Assembly: GCA_031414215.1 (NCBI GenBank) | Contig: JANNVB010000049.1 | Location: forward strand, 14,862-78,861 | Direction: 5' to 3' | DNA length: 64,000 nucleotides | From: Polaromonas sp. | GTDB taxonomy: Bacteria; Pseudomonadota; Gammaproteobacteria; Burkholderiales; Burkholderiaceae_C | In this document: in pieces, positions 46,323-54,901 of the stretch | Position numbering within the stretch: the stretch's first letter is position 1 | How the letters are laid out: the number at the start of each line of letters is the position of its first letter | The notes under the pieces: generated by a model | What the model was told of the DNA's origin: nothing | Database searches by the model: none | The model's input: the letters and a program-made list of their open reading frames with translations, nothing else | Translations under genes and position numbers: made by a program

Positions 46323-46398
46323 TTATATCGGCATGCCTATGACTGGCAACCGAAGCACTTATCTAGGTTCAGCACCATGCCAATTTGTGCACGTATCT

Positions 46399-46761
46399 TC
46401 ATGAGTCATCTCCAGACTCATCCGATAAAAGGGGATGCGTACCGAAGAGCGTCAACAAAGCGGAACTGTCCTTCCGGGCAGAAACCGCGTGCTTTTCGCC
46501 GGGGCTGATGTGGCACAAATCACCTGGGTTCAGCGTCAACTGTCGCCCCATCGTTTCAAAAAGAATCTCACCTTCGAGGCACTGAAATACCAAATGAAGG
46601 CTGACAGCGTGTGGTTTTAAAACATGGCCACGAGGCAGTACAAGACGTGAAATTTGCAACGCATGTTCTCTGACAAGGGTCTGCGACCGACCGGCAGACC
46701 ACTGCTCCCCAAGCGATCCAGCAGCAATGACTTCTCCAAATGTGGCGTGTATTTGGGCCAT
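46399..46761 (-). CDS. cupin-domain protein downstream of norB
   Basis: ATG 46761 (MAQIHATF...). ...GHVLKPHAVSLHLVFQCLEGEILFE...GDLCHISPGEKHAV looks like a cupin beta-barrel. Confidence 0.5.
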   Translation of the reverse strand: MAQIHATFGEVIAAGSLGEQWSAGRSQTLVREHALQISRLVLPRGHVLKPHAVSLHLVFQCLEGEILFETMGRQLTLNPGDLCHISPGEKHAVSARKDSSALLTLFGTHPLLSDESGDDS

Positions 46762-46768
46762 TGACGTT

Positions 46769-49081
46769 TCAATCCGCTCTCGGCGTGGCGCGCCCTGCAA
46801 AATAAGCCCGTACCGCCGCAATCACGATCGGCACCACGCCCACAACAATAAATACGGCATCACCGGGAAATCGCGCCCACTCCATCATGCGCGCCAAGTC
46901 ACCGCCGGTGTAAGCCAGGCTGCGCGCATGCCAGTAGCCGTTGTTCAGCACATCGGCCAATTGCAAAATACCCGCCGGGAACAGGCTGAAGACCACCATC
47001 ATCATCAGCCCGATATTCAGCCCCCAAAAGCCGACGCGGATGTACTTTTCAAGCTCGCGCCACAGCTTTTCATCAACCGTCTGGCGAATGGCAAACACAA
47101 TCAGCGCAATGCCCAACATGCCAAACACACCCATCATGGCGGCGTGGCCGTGGTTGATGGTCAGCAGCGTGCCAGTTTCAAAATAGCTCACCACGGGCAG
47201 GTTGATCAAAAAGCCCAGCACACCCGCGCCAAAAAAGTTCCAGAAACCGACCGACATCAAAAAGTAGAACGTCCATTTGTGCGGCACTTCAGTGCGCTCG
47301 CGCTTGGGGTCTGAACCAGGCCAAGATAGGCGCACAAAATCCCACGCATCCAGGGTGATCAGGGTCAGCGGCACCACTTCAAGCGCTGAAAACACCGCCG
47401 ATAGCGCCATGTTCAAACTGGTTTGACCTGACCAGTACCAGTGATGGCCTGTGCCGATAAAGCCGCCCGCAAAGTACAGCACCGCATCCAGGTAAATCAC
47501 CCGCGTGGCGGTCAGCCGCGTGACCACACCAAATTGCAAAAAGATGATGGCCACCATTACGGTCACAAAAAATTCAAAGAAGCCCTCCACCCACAAGTGA
47601 ATGATCCAAAAGCGCCAGGTATCGACAATTGAAAAGTGCGTGCTGCCGTCAAAAAACATGGCGGGCAAGTAAAACACCGGAATGGCTACGGCTGCGCACA
47701 TGAACAACCCGGCAATCTCGCGGCGCTCAGGGTCTCGCCACGCCGGTTGCAGTGCCCGCACCAGCAACCCAAACCAGAACAGCAACGCCACTGCCAGCAT
47801 CATTTGCCAGGCGCGGCCCAACTCCAGATACTCCCATCCCTGGTGACCAAACCAAAACCACCAGTTGGGCAACAGTTGCAGCATGCCAGCCCACTCGCCC
47901 AGCATGCTGCCCACCACCACCACGATCAAGGCACCAAACAAAACATCGATGCCTTTTTTCTGGCCTTTTGGGTCGCCACCGCCCAGCGTTGCCGCCAAAA
48001 ACAACGCGCCCGCCACATAGCAAGTCGCTATCCAGAAAAGTGCCAATTGCAAATGCCAGGTACGCAGCAAATTACTCGGCAACCAAGCTGCCAGATCGAA
48101 CCCATAAAACGTACCAGGGTCGGCACGGTAATGGGCCAAAGCCCCGCCAACAAGCGTTTGGGCAAATAGCAACAGTGCCACCACCGCAAAATACTTCAGC
48201 GTGGCGCGCTGGGCGGGCGTGGCTGTCGTGCTCTGTGCTGGCGGGTGCAAATAACCGGCTCGGGCTTTCCAGCCCAGGTAGTCAAACTTGCCAAAGGCCA
48301 GCAACACGGCAGCCGTGCCGCCCAATAAAAAGATCAGGCTGACAGCAGACCAGAGCACTGCATCGGCTGATGGCGTATTGCCGGCCAGCGGGTCATAGGG
48401 GAAGTTGTTGGTGTATGAATGGTTGGTACTAGGCCGCAGTGCTGCCGCGGCCCAGGATGTCCATGCCACAAAAGCGCTCAGTTGGCGCAACTCGCCAGGG
48501 TCAGTGATGGTTTTCGCACGCAGGCCACCGTTGTATTTGGGGTCTGAGAAATACTCGACCCAAGCGGCAGGACGACTTGCAAACCATGCTGCGTAGTCTT
48601 CGCCCACCGTCAGCACCTTGGTTTGCGGGTCGTAGAGGTTTTGTTTCAGTGCGGTACGTACCTCTGCTTCAATGGCTGCGCGTTTGGCGGGCGGCAAAGT
48701 TTCTAACGTGCCGTTGCCTCTTGCCAAGGCCATGCTGCTGGCGTTGTGTACGGCCAGTGTGTGCAAATAGTCGGCTGAAAAATCAGGACCCAGAAGAGCG
48801 CCGTGGCCCCAGATCGATCCGTTGTTCATCAGCGCGTATTTTAAAAACACCAGTTGCCCAGCGGTGACGTCTTGGGCGGTGTACACCACAACGCCGCTGG
48901 TGGTCACCACCCGTTCAGGTATTGGCGGCGCGTCGGTGTAGACCCTGGTGGTCAGCAAAATTAGCACCGCAAAGCCGAGCACCATGGTGATGATTGCCGA
49001 GCGCCGCCACCACGGCGACAACTTGTCAGTGGTTTGGGCGCCAGACAGCGGCGGCATGCCAGACGAGAGGTCATTTTGCAT
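46769..49081 (-). CDS. norB: quinol-dependent nitric oxide reductase (single-subunit qNor)
   Basis: About 770 aa. Long N-terminal extension plus a 12-TM heme-copper oxidase core (HLWVEGFFE, HHWYW, GHAAMMGVFG). ATG 49081. Confidence 0.85.
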   Translation of the reverse strand: MQNDLSSGMPPLSGAQTTDKLSPWWRRSAIITMVLGFAVLILLTTRVYTDAPPIPERVVTTSGVVVYTAQDVTAGQLVFLKYALMNNGSIWGHGALLGPDFSADYLHTLAVHNASSMALARGNGTLETLPPAKRAAIEAEVRTALKQNLYDPQTKVLTVGEDYAAWFASRPAAWVEYFSDPKYNGGLRAKTITDPGELRQLSAFVAWTSWAAAALRPSTNHSYTNNFPYDPLAGNTPSADAVLWSAVSLIFLLGGTAAVLLAFGKFDYLGWKARAGYLHPPAQSTTATPAQRATLKYFAVVALLLFAQTLVGGALAHYRADPGTFYGFDLAAWLPSNLLRTWHLQLALFWIATCYVAGALFLAATLGGGDPKGQKKGIDVLFGALIVVVVGSMLGEWAGMLQLLPNWWFWFGHQGWEYLELGRAWQMMLAVALLFWFGLLVRALQPAWRDPERREIAGLFMCAAVAIPVFYLPAMFFDGSTHFSIVDTWRFWIIHLWVEGFFEFFVTVMVAIIFLQFGVVTRLTATRVIYLDAVLYFAGGFIGTGHHWYWSGQTSLNMALSAVFSALEVVPLTLITLDAWDFVRLSWPGSDPKRERTEVPHKWTFYFLMSVGFWNFFGAGVLGFLINLPVVSYFETGTLLTINHGHAAMMGVFGMLGIALIVFAIRQTVDEKLWRELEKYIRVGFWGLNIGLMMMVVFSLFPAGILQLADVLNNGYWHARSLAYTGGDLARMMEWARFPGDAVFIVVGVVPIVIAAVRAYFAGRATPRAD

Positions 49082-49181
49082 ATACAAGTCCTTTTTATTG
49101 GCAGGTTATATGGCTGGCTCGTCAAATGGCTGGAATGGCGGCTAGGTACGCTGACCGTAGATGCAATTGATTGATGAGACT

Positions 49182-49195
49182 TTGCGTTAGATCAA
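49182..49195. promoter_or_regulatory. FNR/Dnr-type box candidate (TTGCG-N4-ATCAA) upstream of norB
   Basis: ttgcgttagatcaa lies ~100 nt upstream of the norB ATG. 8/10 match to TTGAT-N4-ATCAA. Confidence 0.3.
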
Positions 49196-49249
49196 ACATC
49201 ACGCTGGCTTTGCGAAATAAGGATGACCAGCCATAAAACTTGCTCACTG

Positions 49250-49265
49250 TGTGCGCCAGCGTACA
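49250..49265. promoter_or_regulatory. palindrome TGTGCG-CCAG-CGTACA (site D of the shared motif)
   Basis: Midway in the norB / PAS-kinase divergent region. 13/16 match to site A. Confidence 0.35.
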
Positions 49266-49429
49266 GACCGGAGGATCAAAATCAGTGAAAGTCTTGGGAA
49301 TTGCGTTTGGGCGCGGGTTTATGCGGCATTGGACTACACCCATTTGCACCAGTTAGGCGTATGCTGAAAAAACCTGTTTTATTGCAGCCGTGGCCCTAAT
49401 CTCTCAACAGACTCTTCAAACAACCCCAT

Positions 49430-51535
49430 ATGCCCCTGACTGACAGCCTGATTAACGCCAACACTGACGCTGCCATCACTGACGGCATGACAGAAATGTT
49501 GCGCCAGGAAACGCTGCTTAAAACCGGCGCGCTGCAAAAAGCCATTTTCAACAGCGCCAACTTTTCCAGCATCGCCACCGACGCCAAAGGCGTGATCCAG
49601 ATTTTCAACGTGGGCGCGGAGCGCATGTTGGGCTATGCGGCGCTGGAGGTGCTGAACAAAATCACCCCCGCTGATATTTCAGACCCGCAAGAAGTGATTG
49701 CCCGGGCCAAAGCCCTCAGCATTGAACTGGGTACGCAGATTGAGCCCGGTTTTGAGGCGCTGGTCTTCAAGGCTTCACGCGGGATCGAAGACATTTATGA
49801 GCTGACCTACATCCGCAAAGACGGCAGCCGCTTTCCGGCCATGGTGTCCGTGACAGCCTTGCGCGACGAAGCGGACGTGATCATTGGTTACTTGCTGATT
49901 GGCACCGACAACACTGTGCGCAAGCAGGTTGAAGAAGAGCGCAAAAAGCTGGACCAGCGGCTGCGCGACCAGCAGTTCTACACCCGCTCGCTGATTGAGT
50001 CCAACATCGATGCGCTGATGACCACCGACCCGGCGGGCATCATTTCAGACGTCAACAAGCAAATGGAAGCGCTGACCGGCTGCACGCGCGACGAACTGAT
50101 AGGCGCACCGTTTAAAAACTATTTCACCGAGCCGGACCGCGCTGAAGCCGGTATCAAGCGGGTGCTCAATGAGAACAAGGTCACCAACTACGAGCTGACG
50201 GCCCGCGCAAGGGACGGCAGGGAAACCGTGGTGTCTTACAACGCCACCACCTTTCATGACCGGGAACGAAACCTGCAAGGCGTTTTTGCGGCGGCGCGAG
50301 ACATCACCGAGCGCAAACTGCTCGACCAGGTGCTGCAAGACAATAACGTCGAGCTGCAAAACGCCATGTCAGCAGCTGAAAAAGCCAACCTCGCCAAGTC
50401 AGAGTTTTTGTCCAGCATGAGCCATGAGCTGCGCACACCGCTCAGCGCCATCCTTGGGTTTGCCCAATTGATAGAGTCTGGCGAGCCACCTCCATCGCCC
50501 ACCCAAAAACGCAGCGTTGACCAGATCCTTCTGGCAGGCTGGTATTTGCTGAACCTGATCAATGAAATTTTGGACCTAGCGCTGATTGAGTCCGGCAAGC
50601 TGTCGCTGTCGCCAGAGCCGGTGTCGCTGGCTGCGGTCATGCACGAGTGTGAAGACATGATCGAGCCGCAGGTGCAAAAGCGCGGCATCACGATGGTTTT
50701 CCCGCATCGGGAACTGCCGTATTTCATCAAGGCAGACCGCACCCGCATCAAACAAATTTTGATCAATTTGCTTTCAAACGCCATCAAATACAACCGAAGT
50801 AACGGCAGGGTTGTGGTGGAGTGTATTGAGGTGCCTGAAGGGCGCATACGAATTTGTGTTGAAGACACCGGCCAGGGTTTGAGTGCTGAACAAATTACTC
50901 AGCTATTTCAGCCGTTTAATCGCCTCGGGCAGGAAGCCCATGCCGAAGAAGGCACCGGTATTGGCCTGGTCATGACAAAACGACTGGTCGAGCTGATGGG
51001 CGGCGTGATTGGCGTTGAAAGCACCGTCGGTGAAGGCAGTATTTTTTGGGTTGAAATGAACCTGACGGATGAACGACAAGCCCATGCCGACCACACCCAT
51101 TTTCCAGCTGCCACAGCTTTGCCACTGCCGGTTGGCAGCAAGTTGCGCACGCTGCTGTACGTAGAAGACAACCCGGCTAACCTGATGCTGGTTGAACGGC
51201 TGATTGACCGACGCCCCGACCTGCGCCTGCTGACCGCGACAGACGGTTACAGCGGCATTGAGATGGCGCGCGCGTCCATGCCCGATGTGATTTTGATGGA
51301 CATCAACCTGCCCGGCATCAGCGGCATCAAGGCTTTGAGGATATTGAGCGACGACCCTGCCACAGCGCATATTCCGGTCGTGGCCCTGAGCGCCAACGCC
51401 ATGCCGCGCGACATTGAAAAAGGCCTGGACGCGGGGTTTTTCAAGTACCTGACCAAACCGCTGAAGATCAACGAATTTATGGACACACTGGACGACGTGC
51501 TCAAGTTTTCCGAACTAAAGGCTGCAACCCCATGA
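49430..51535 (+). CDS. PAS-domain hybrid sensor histidine kinase/response regulator
   Basis: Multiple PAS units. H-box SMSHELRTPLSAILGF. HATPase (NAIKYN, DTGQGL, GTGIGL). C-terminal REC (LLYVEDNPANL...ILMDINLPGISG). Confidence 0.85.
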   Translation: MPLTDSLINANTDAAITDGMTEMLRQETLLKTGALQKAIFNSANFSSIATDAKGVIQIFNVGAERMLGYAALEVLNKITPADISDPQEVIARAKALSIELGTQIEPGFEALVFKASRGIEDIYELTYIRKDGSRFPAMVSVTALRDEADVIIGYLLIGTDNTVRKQVEEERKKLDQRLRDQQFYTRSLIESNIDALMTTDPAGIISDVNKQMEALTGCTRDELIGAPFKNYFTEPDRAEAGIKRVLNENKVTNYELTARARDGRETVVSYNATTFHDRERNLQGVFAAARDITERKLLDQVLQDNNVELQNAMSAAEKANLAKSEFLSSMSHELRTPLSAILGFAQLIESGEPPPSPTQKRSVDQILLAGWYLLNLINEILDLALIESGKLSLSPEPVSLAAVMHECEDMIEPQVQKRGITMVFPHRELPYFIKADRTRIKQILINLLSNAIKYNRSNGRVVVECIEVPEGRIRICVEDTGQGLSAEQITQLFQPFNRLGQEAHAEEGTGIGLVMTKRLVELMGGVIGVESTVGEGSIFWVEMNLTDERQAHADHTHFPAATALPLPVGSKLRTLLYVEDNPANLMLVERLIDRRPDLRLLTATDGYSGIEMARASMPDVILMDINLPGISGIKALRILSDDPATAHIPVVALSANAMPRDIEKGLDAGFFKYLTKPLKINEFMDTLDDVLKFSELKAATP

Positions 51536-52008
51536 ACAACGAATTCGATATCTTCAACGCCCGCATCCTGATTGTTGACGACATGCCCGTCAACGTGCAG
51601 TTGCTCGAACAACTGCTGGCAGAAACTGGCTACACCCAAGTCAGCTCAACATTGGACCCGCAGGCGGTCTGTGGGCTGCACGCGGCCCACCCTTATGACC
51701 TGATTTTGCTGGACCTCAAAATGCCGGTGATGGACGGCTTTCAGGTCATGCAGGGACTCGAAAAAACCCCGGGCGACAGCTACCTGCCCGTCATCGTGCT
51801 GACGGCCGAGCCCAGCCACAAACTGCGTGCCTTGCAGGCGGGTGCCAAAGACTTCATCAGCAAACCGTTTGACCTGATTGAAGTCAAAACCCGCATCTAC
51901 AACATGCTGGAGGTGCGCCTGCTGTATAAAAAGCTTGCGCAATACACCAAGCTGCTGGAATACGCGACCAACCAGCGCACAGAAGACATGATTTCAGTCA
52001 GGCACTGA
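51532..52008 (+). CDS. single-domain response regulator (REC)
   Basis: ILIVDDMPVNVQLL...LILLDLKMPVMDGF...LTAEPS...KPF. ATGA overlap with the kinase gene. Confidence 0.85.
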   Translation: MNNEFDIFNARILIVDDMPVNVQLLEQLLAETGYTQVSSTLDPQAVCGLHAAHPYDLILLDLKMPVMDGFQVMQGLEKTPGDSYLPVIVLTAEPSHKLRALQAGAKDFISKPFDLIEVKTRIYNMLEVRLLYKKLAQYTKLLEYATNQRTEDMISVRH

Positions 52009-52025
52009 CCGGGCATTCAAGCGGG

Positions 52026-52457
52026 TCAGCCCGTTGCTACAAGCCTGTCAGCCCGAGCAGCACCCAGCACGTCTGAAAAGTGGCTGTCCACCAGTTCCAC
52101 AGGCCGTTTGCCTTTGAGCCATACATTCGGCTGCGCAAACCACTGCGCCAGCGTCCAGTTGTCCAGCACGGCAGACAACTCATGTACCACGCGCCGCACT
52201 TCCTGCTTGACAGACAGGTCATGTGGGTGGAACTGGAACATCGGTATCCAGTAGTGGTTTTGCCATTCAAAGCTGAAAATATCACGCGACACAATCCGCT
52301 TGGCCACGCTGACAAAATCACCTTTTTGCTTGTCTTCTAGTAGCAGCGCCAGGTCGTCGGCCCTGGCTGTGCCGCCACGGGTTTTGTAAGCATCAATCAT
52401 GGCCTCGAAGCCTTGGCGGTTAAGAACGTTGGTCATGGCCAATATCGGCACGTCCAT
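52026..52457 (-). CDS. hypothetical protein; C-terminal segment resembles the DUF2384 (Xre/MbcA/ParS antitoxin-type) domain
   Basis: ATG 52457 (MDVPILAM...; the track start 52478 is TTG). C-terminus WFAQPNVWLKGKRPVELVDSHFSDVLGAARADRLVATG fits the W-F-x-x-P-N-x-x-L-x-G-x-x-P pattern. Confidence 0.4.
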   Translation of the reverse strand: MDVPILAMTNVLNRQGFEAMIDAYKTRGGTARADDLALLLEDKQKGDFVSVAKRIVSRDIFSFEWQNHYWIPMFQFHPHDLSVKQEVRRVVHELSAVLDNWTLAQWFAQPNVWLKGKRPVELVDSHFSDVLGAARADRLVATG

Positions 52458-52474
52458 GGAGCCCTGCCTGCCGT

Positions 52475-52858
52475 TCAACGTTTTTGCTGTATTTGGCGCT
52501 CAATTGTCAGTGCCGCATGCAATTGCTGCATGGACTCGACGCACTCCAGCACCGTCTTTTTCGTCAGCTCGTGTCGGTTGTGTAGCGGCAGTTCAGGGGC
52601 TTTAACCAGCGCGTCACTCACGCAGTTTTCAAGCCGCTTTTGGATGGCATGAAACAGCTCATCCCAGTCTTCTGGGGCAATTTTTGGACGCAGGTCGAGC
52701 AAATTTGCATCTGGCCCAGGGTTGGGCTCAGGATTCAGCTCGGGTGCGGGTATTGGTCGATGCACGCTTTGGGCTGCGCCCTTGCTGCGAAACAAACCAA
52801 GCACTGATTGCGCCACCTGAGTGACATGCGGCATAGGGGTATTGGCCAGTCGAATCAT
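52475..52858 (-). CDS. hypothetical protein (Pro-rich linker + helical C-terminus)
   Basis: 127-aa ORF. ATG with an AAGGAG SD. First gene of a two-gene unit. No domain recognised. Confidence 0.4.
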   Translation of the reverse strand: MIRLANTPMPHVTQVAQSVLGLFRSKGAAQSVHRPIPAPELNPEPNPGPDANLLDLRPKIAPEDWDELFHAIQKRLENCVSDALVKAPELPLHNRHELTKKTVLECVESMQQLHAALTIERQIQQKR

Positions 52859-52926
52859 GGAAAGCTTCTCCTTAGAGCTTATTCAATGTGGGTGGCTCTA
52901 TTGAAAATGCAGGCAGTACCGCCGTC

Positions 52927-52942
52927 TGTTCGTTAGCGCACA
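52927..52942. promoter_or_regulatory. palindrome TGTTCG-TTAG-CGCACA (site C of the shared motif)
   Basis: 69-84 nt upstream of the 52858 start. Followed by TA, as in sites A and B (CGCACATA). Confidence 0.4.
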
Positions 52943-52991
52943 TAGTACAGTTTGTGACTTATTTATTTTGATGTTTTAAAGTAACTAATAT

Positions 52992-53112
52992 GCTATGTTT
53001 TTAGGAGCTTTTTACGCCCGTATTTATTAGTTTAGAGGCCTAAACAGTACCTATAAAGTGTCTGAAAACAGAGCTTTAAGTGCTTTTTAAGACGCAAAAC
53101 ACCCGTTTTGAC
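52992..53112 (+). repeat. Family-A repeat, degenerate left half-element
   Basis: gctatgtttttaggagcTTTTTACGCCCGTATTTATTAGtttagaggcctaaacagtacctataaag... Confidence 0.7.
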
Positions 53113-53122
53113 TATGGCCTGC

Positions 53123-53824
53123 CTACAACAGCTCGGCGTAGGTCTTTTGGTCTGCCGCGTAGCAGCCGCAGGCGGCGCGCTCTAAGCCCTTGCGGTTAAG
53201 CACCGTCACCTTACCCCGACTGTAGGCAATCAGCCCATTTTTTTGCAGCGCGCCTGCTGCCGCCGAAATGCCCACCCGCCGCACACCCAGCATATAGGCC
53301 AAAAACTCTTGCGTTACCTCAAAGCTGCTGGCACGCGACCTGTCCTGGCTCATCAGCAGCCAGCGCGCCAGGCGCGGGCCAATTTGATGAAACCGCACGC
53401 AGGCGGTTGACTCGGCCAGTTGCGCCATCAGCACATACAAATAGCGGTTTAACTCGTTTTGCAGGGCTGGGCTGGCGGCCAGCTCGGCCTTAAAAGCCCT
53501 GGTACCAATGCGCAACGCTGTGCCAGCGCCCTGCACCAGCGCATGCAGCGGGGCGGTAGCCACGCCCAGCGCCAGCTGCACGCCCAGCATGCCCTCGCGG
53601 CCCACCATGCCCACCTCGACACCGGGGCTGCCTTTAACCACTGCAATCAGCGAGATAAAACCAGCGGTGGGGAAATACACATATTGGGTCGGTTTACCGG
53701 GTTCGCACAATACCTCGGCCAGCGTTAAATCAACACTTTCGCAAGCGGCGATAAAGCGCAGGCGATCTTTTTTGGGGAGCAAATCAATCAGGTGATTGCC
53801 CGGGGGAGTTGACTTCGGCGTCAT
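53123..53824 (-). CDS. Crp/Fnr-family transcriptional regulator (1)
   Basis: cNMP-binding-like barrel (YVYFPTAGFISLIAVV...VGMVGREGMLG) plus a C-terminal HTH (TQEFLAYMLGVRRVGISAAAGALQKNGLI). Confidence 0.85.
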   Translation of the reverse strand: MTPKSTPPGNHLIDLLPKKDRLRFIAACESVDLTLAEVLCEPGKPTQYVYFPTAGFISLIAVVKGSPGVEVGMVGREGMLGVQLALGVATAPLHALVQGAGTALRIGTRAFKAELAASPALQNELNRYLYVLMAQLAESTACVRFHQIGPRLARWLLMSQDRSRASSFEVTQEFLAYMLGVRRVGISAAAGALQKNGLIAYSRGKVTVLNRKGLERAACGCYAADQKTYAELL

Positions 53825-53939
53825 GAAAAGCCTTTGGTGCGCTGCTGCCCTTCAGGTTGAAGGAATGAGCCACGGCCCTGCTGCTGAAGTTAGCAGTCTT
53901 GATCGATGGGTTAGCTTATAGGAAATGAGCTGAAATGTT

Positions 53940-53955
53940 TGCGTGCTACCGCACA
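53940..53955. promoter_or_regulatory. site B of the shared motif (TGCGTG-CTAC-CGCACA; alternative left half TTTGCG at N6)
   Basis: 116-131 nt upstream of the 53824 start. Right half CGCACATA is perfect and the left half is weak. Confidence 0.3.
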
Positions 53956-54002
53956 TAGCGCCGAAACCAGCCAGATAAGCGCCAATAGACTACACCACTG
54001 GG

Positions 54003-54752
54003 CTAGGCGGCAGTTTTTGCAGGCAGCAAGCGGTCGTATTCTTTTTTGACCACGGCATAACACTCGCAACTGCGTTCTTCCAGGCCTGGCCTGTTGAGCA
54101 CATTGATACGGCCCCGGCTGTACTTGATGAGTCCGGCGTTTTGCAGCTTGGTCGCGCCTTCGGTCACGCCTTCCCGGCGAACGCCCAGCATGTTGGCAAT
54201 CAGCTCTTGCGTCATGGTCAGCTCGTTGCCGTCTAGCCTGTCCAGGCTCAGCAGCAGCCAGCGGCACAACTGCTGGTCAAGCGTATGGTGACGGTTGCAC
54301 ACAGCGGTTTGCGACATTTGGGTAATCAACGCCTGGGTGTAGCGCAGCAGCAAGTGCAGCACCGGGCCGCCCCGGTCAAACTCTTTTTTCATGGCCTTGG
54401 CTTTGAGGCGAAAGCCGTGCCCTGCGCTTTGCACCACGGCCCGGCTGGGCGTGGAGCCGCCACCCATGAAGAGTGAGATGCCCACCAGGCCTTCGTTGCC
54501 CACCACCGCAATTTCAGCAGATGCACCGTTTTCCATCACATACAGCATTGAAACGATGGCCGTGGTGGGAAAGTAAACGTGGCTCAGTGTTTTGCCCGAC
54601 TCATAAAGGACGTGGCCCAGCGGCATTTCGACATGCTCCAGCAAGGGCAGCCAGCGCTGCCACTCATCACCCGCCAGGGCGGCAAGCAAACGGTTTTTAC
54701 GGGGGCTAGGTGCTTTTGCGTCCGGCATATTTGAATCGGGTTTTGATGCCAT
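54003..54752 (-). CDS. Crp/Fnr-family transcriptional regulator (2)
   Basis: ATG 54752 with an AGGAG SD. NRLLAALAGDEWQRWLPLLEHVEMPLGHVLYESGKTLSHVYFPTT... plus HTH TQELIANMLGVRREGVTEGATKLQNAGLI. Confidence 0.85.
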   Translation of the reverse strand: MASKPDSNMPDAKAPSPRKNRLLAALAGDEWQRWLPLLEHVEMPLGHVLYESGKTLSHVYFPTTAIVSMLYVMENGASAEIAVVGNEGLVGISLFMGGGSTPSRAVVQSAGHGFRLKAKAMKKEFDRGGPVLHLLLRYTQALITQMSQTAVCNRHHTLDQQLCRWLLLSLDRLDGNELTMTQELIANMLGVRREGVTEGATKLQNAGLIKYSRGRINVLNRPGLEERSCECYAVVKKEYDRLLPAKTAA

Positions 54753-54843
54753 GGTGAAACTCCTGTTAGGCCAGCTTTGCATCACTACCGCAGGACGGTT
54801 TGGCACAAAGTCCAGCAGTCTAGACACATTGTGCGCGTTTATC

Positions 54844-54859
54844 TGTGCGCTAACGCACA
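54844..54859. promoter_or_regulatory. perfect palindrome TGTGCG-CTAA-CGCACA (site A of the shared motif)
   Basis: 92-107 nt upstream of the 54752 start. An extra half-site TTGTGCGCG lies at 54829-37. Confidence 0.45.
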
Positions 54860-54901
54860 TAACTGTTACACGGCGCTAATGCAAAGTGTTAATACAAAGC
54901 G

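Noticed and set aside
49100-49125. Possible sigma-54 promoter (TGGCAG-N5-ATGGC) near norB
   Set aside because: The -12 element is poor and the orientation points away from norB toward a gene ~300 nt distant. No NorR-type activator gene or GT-N7-AC sites were seen.
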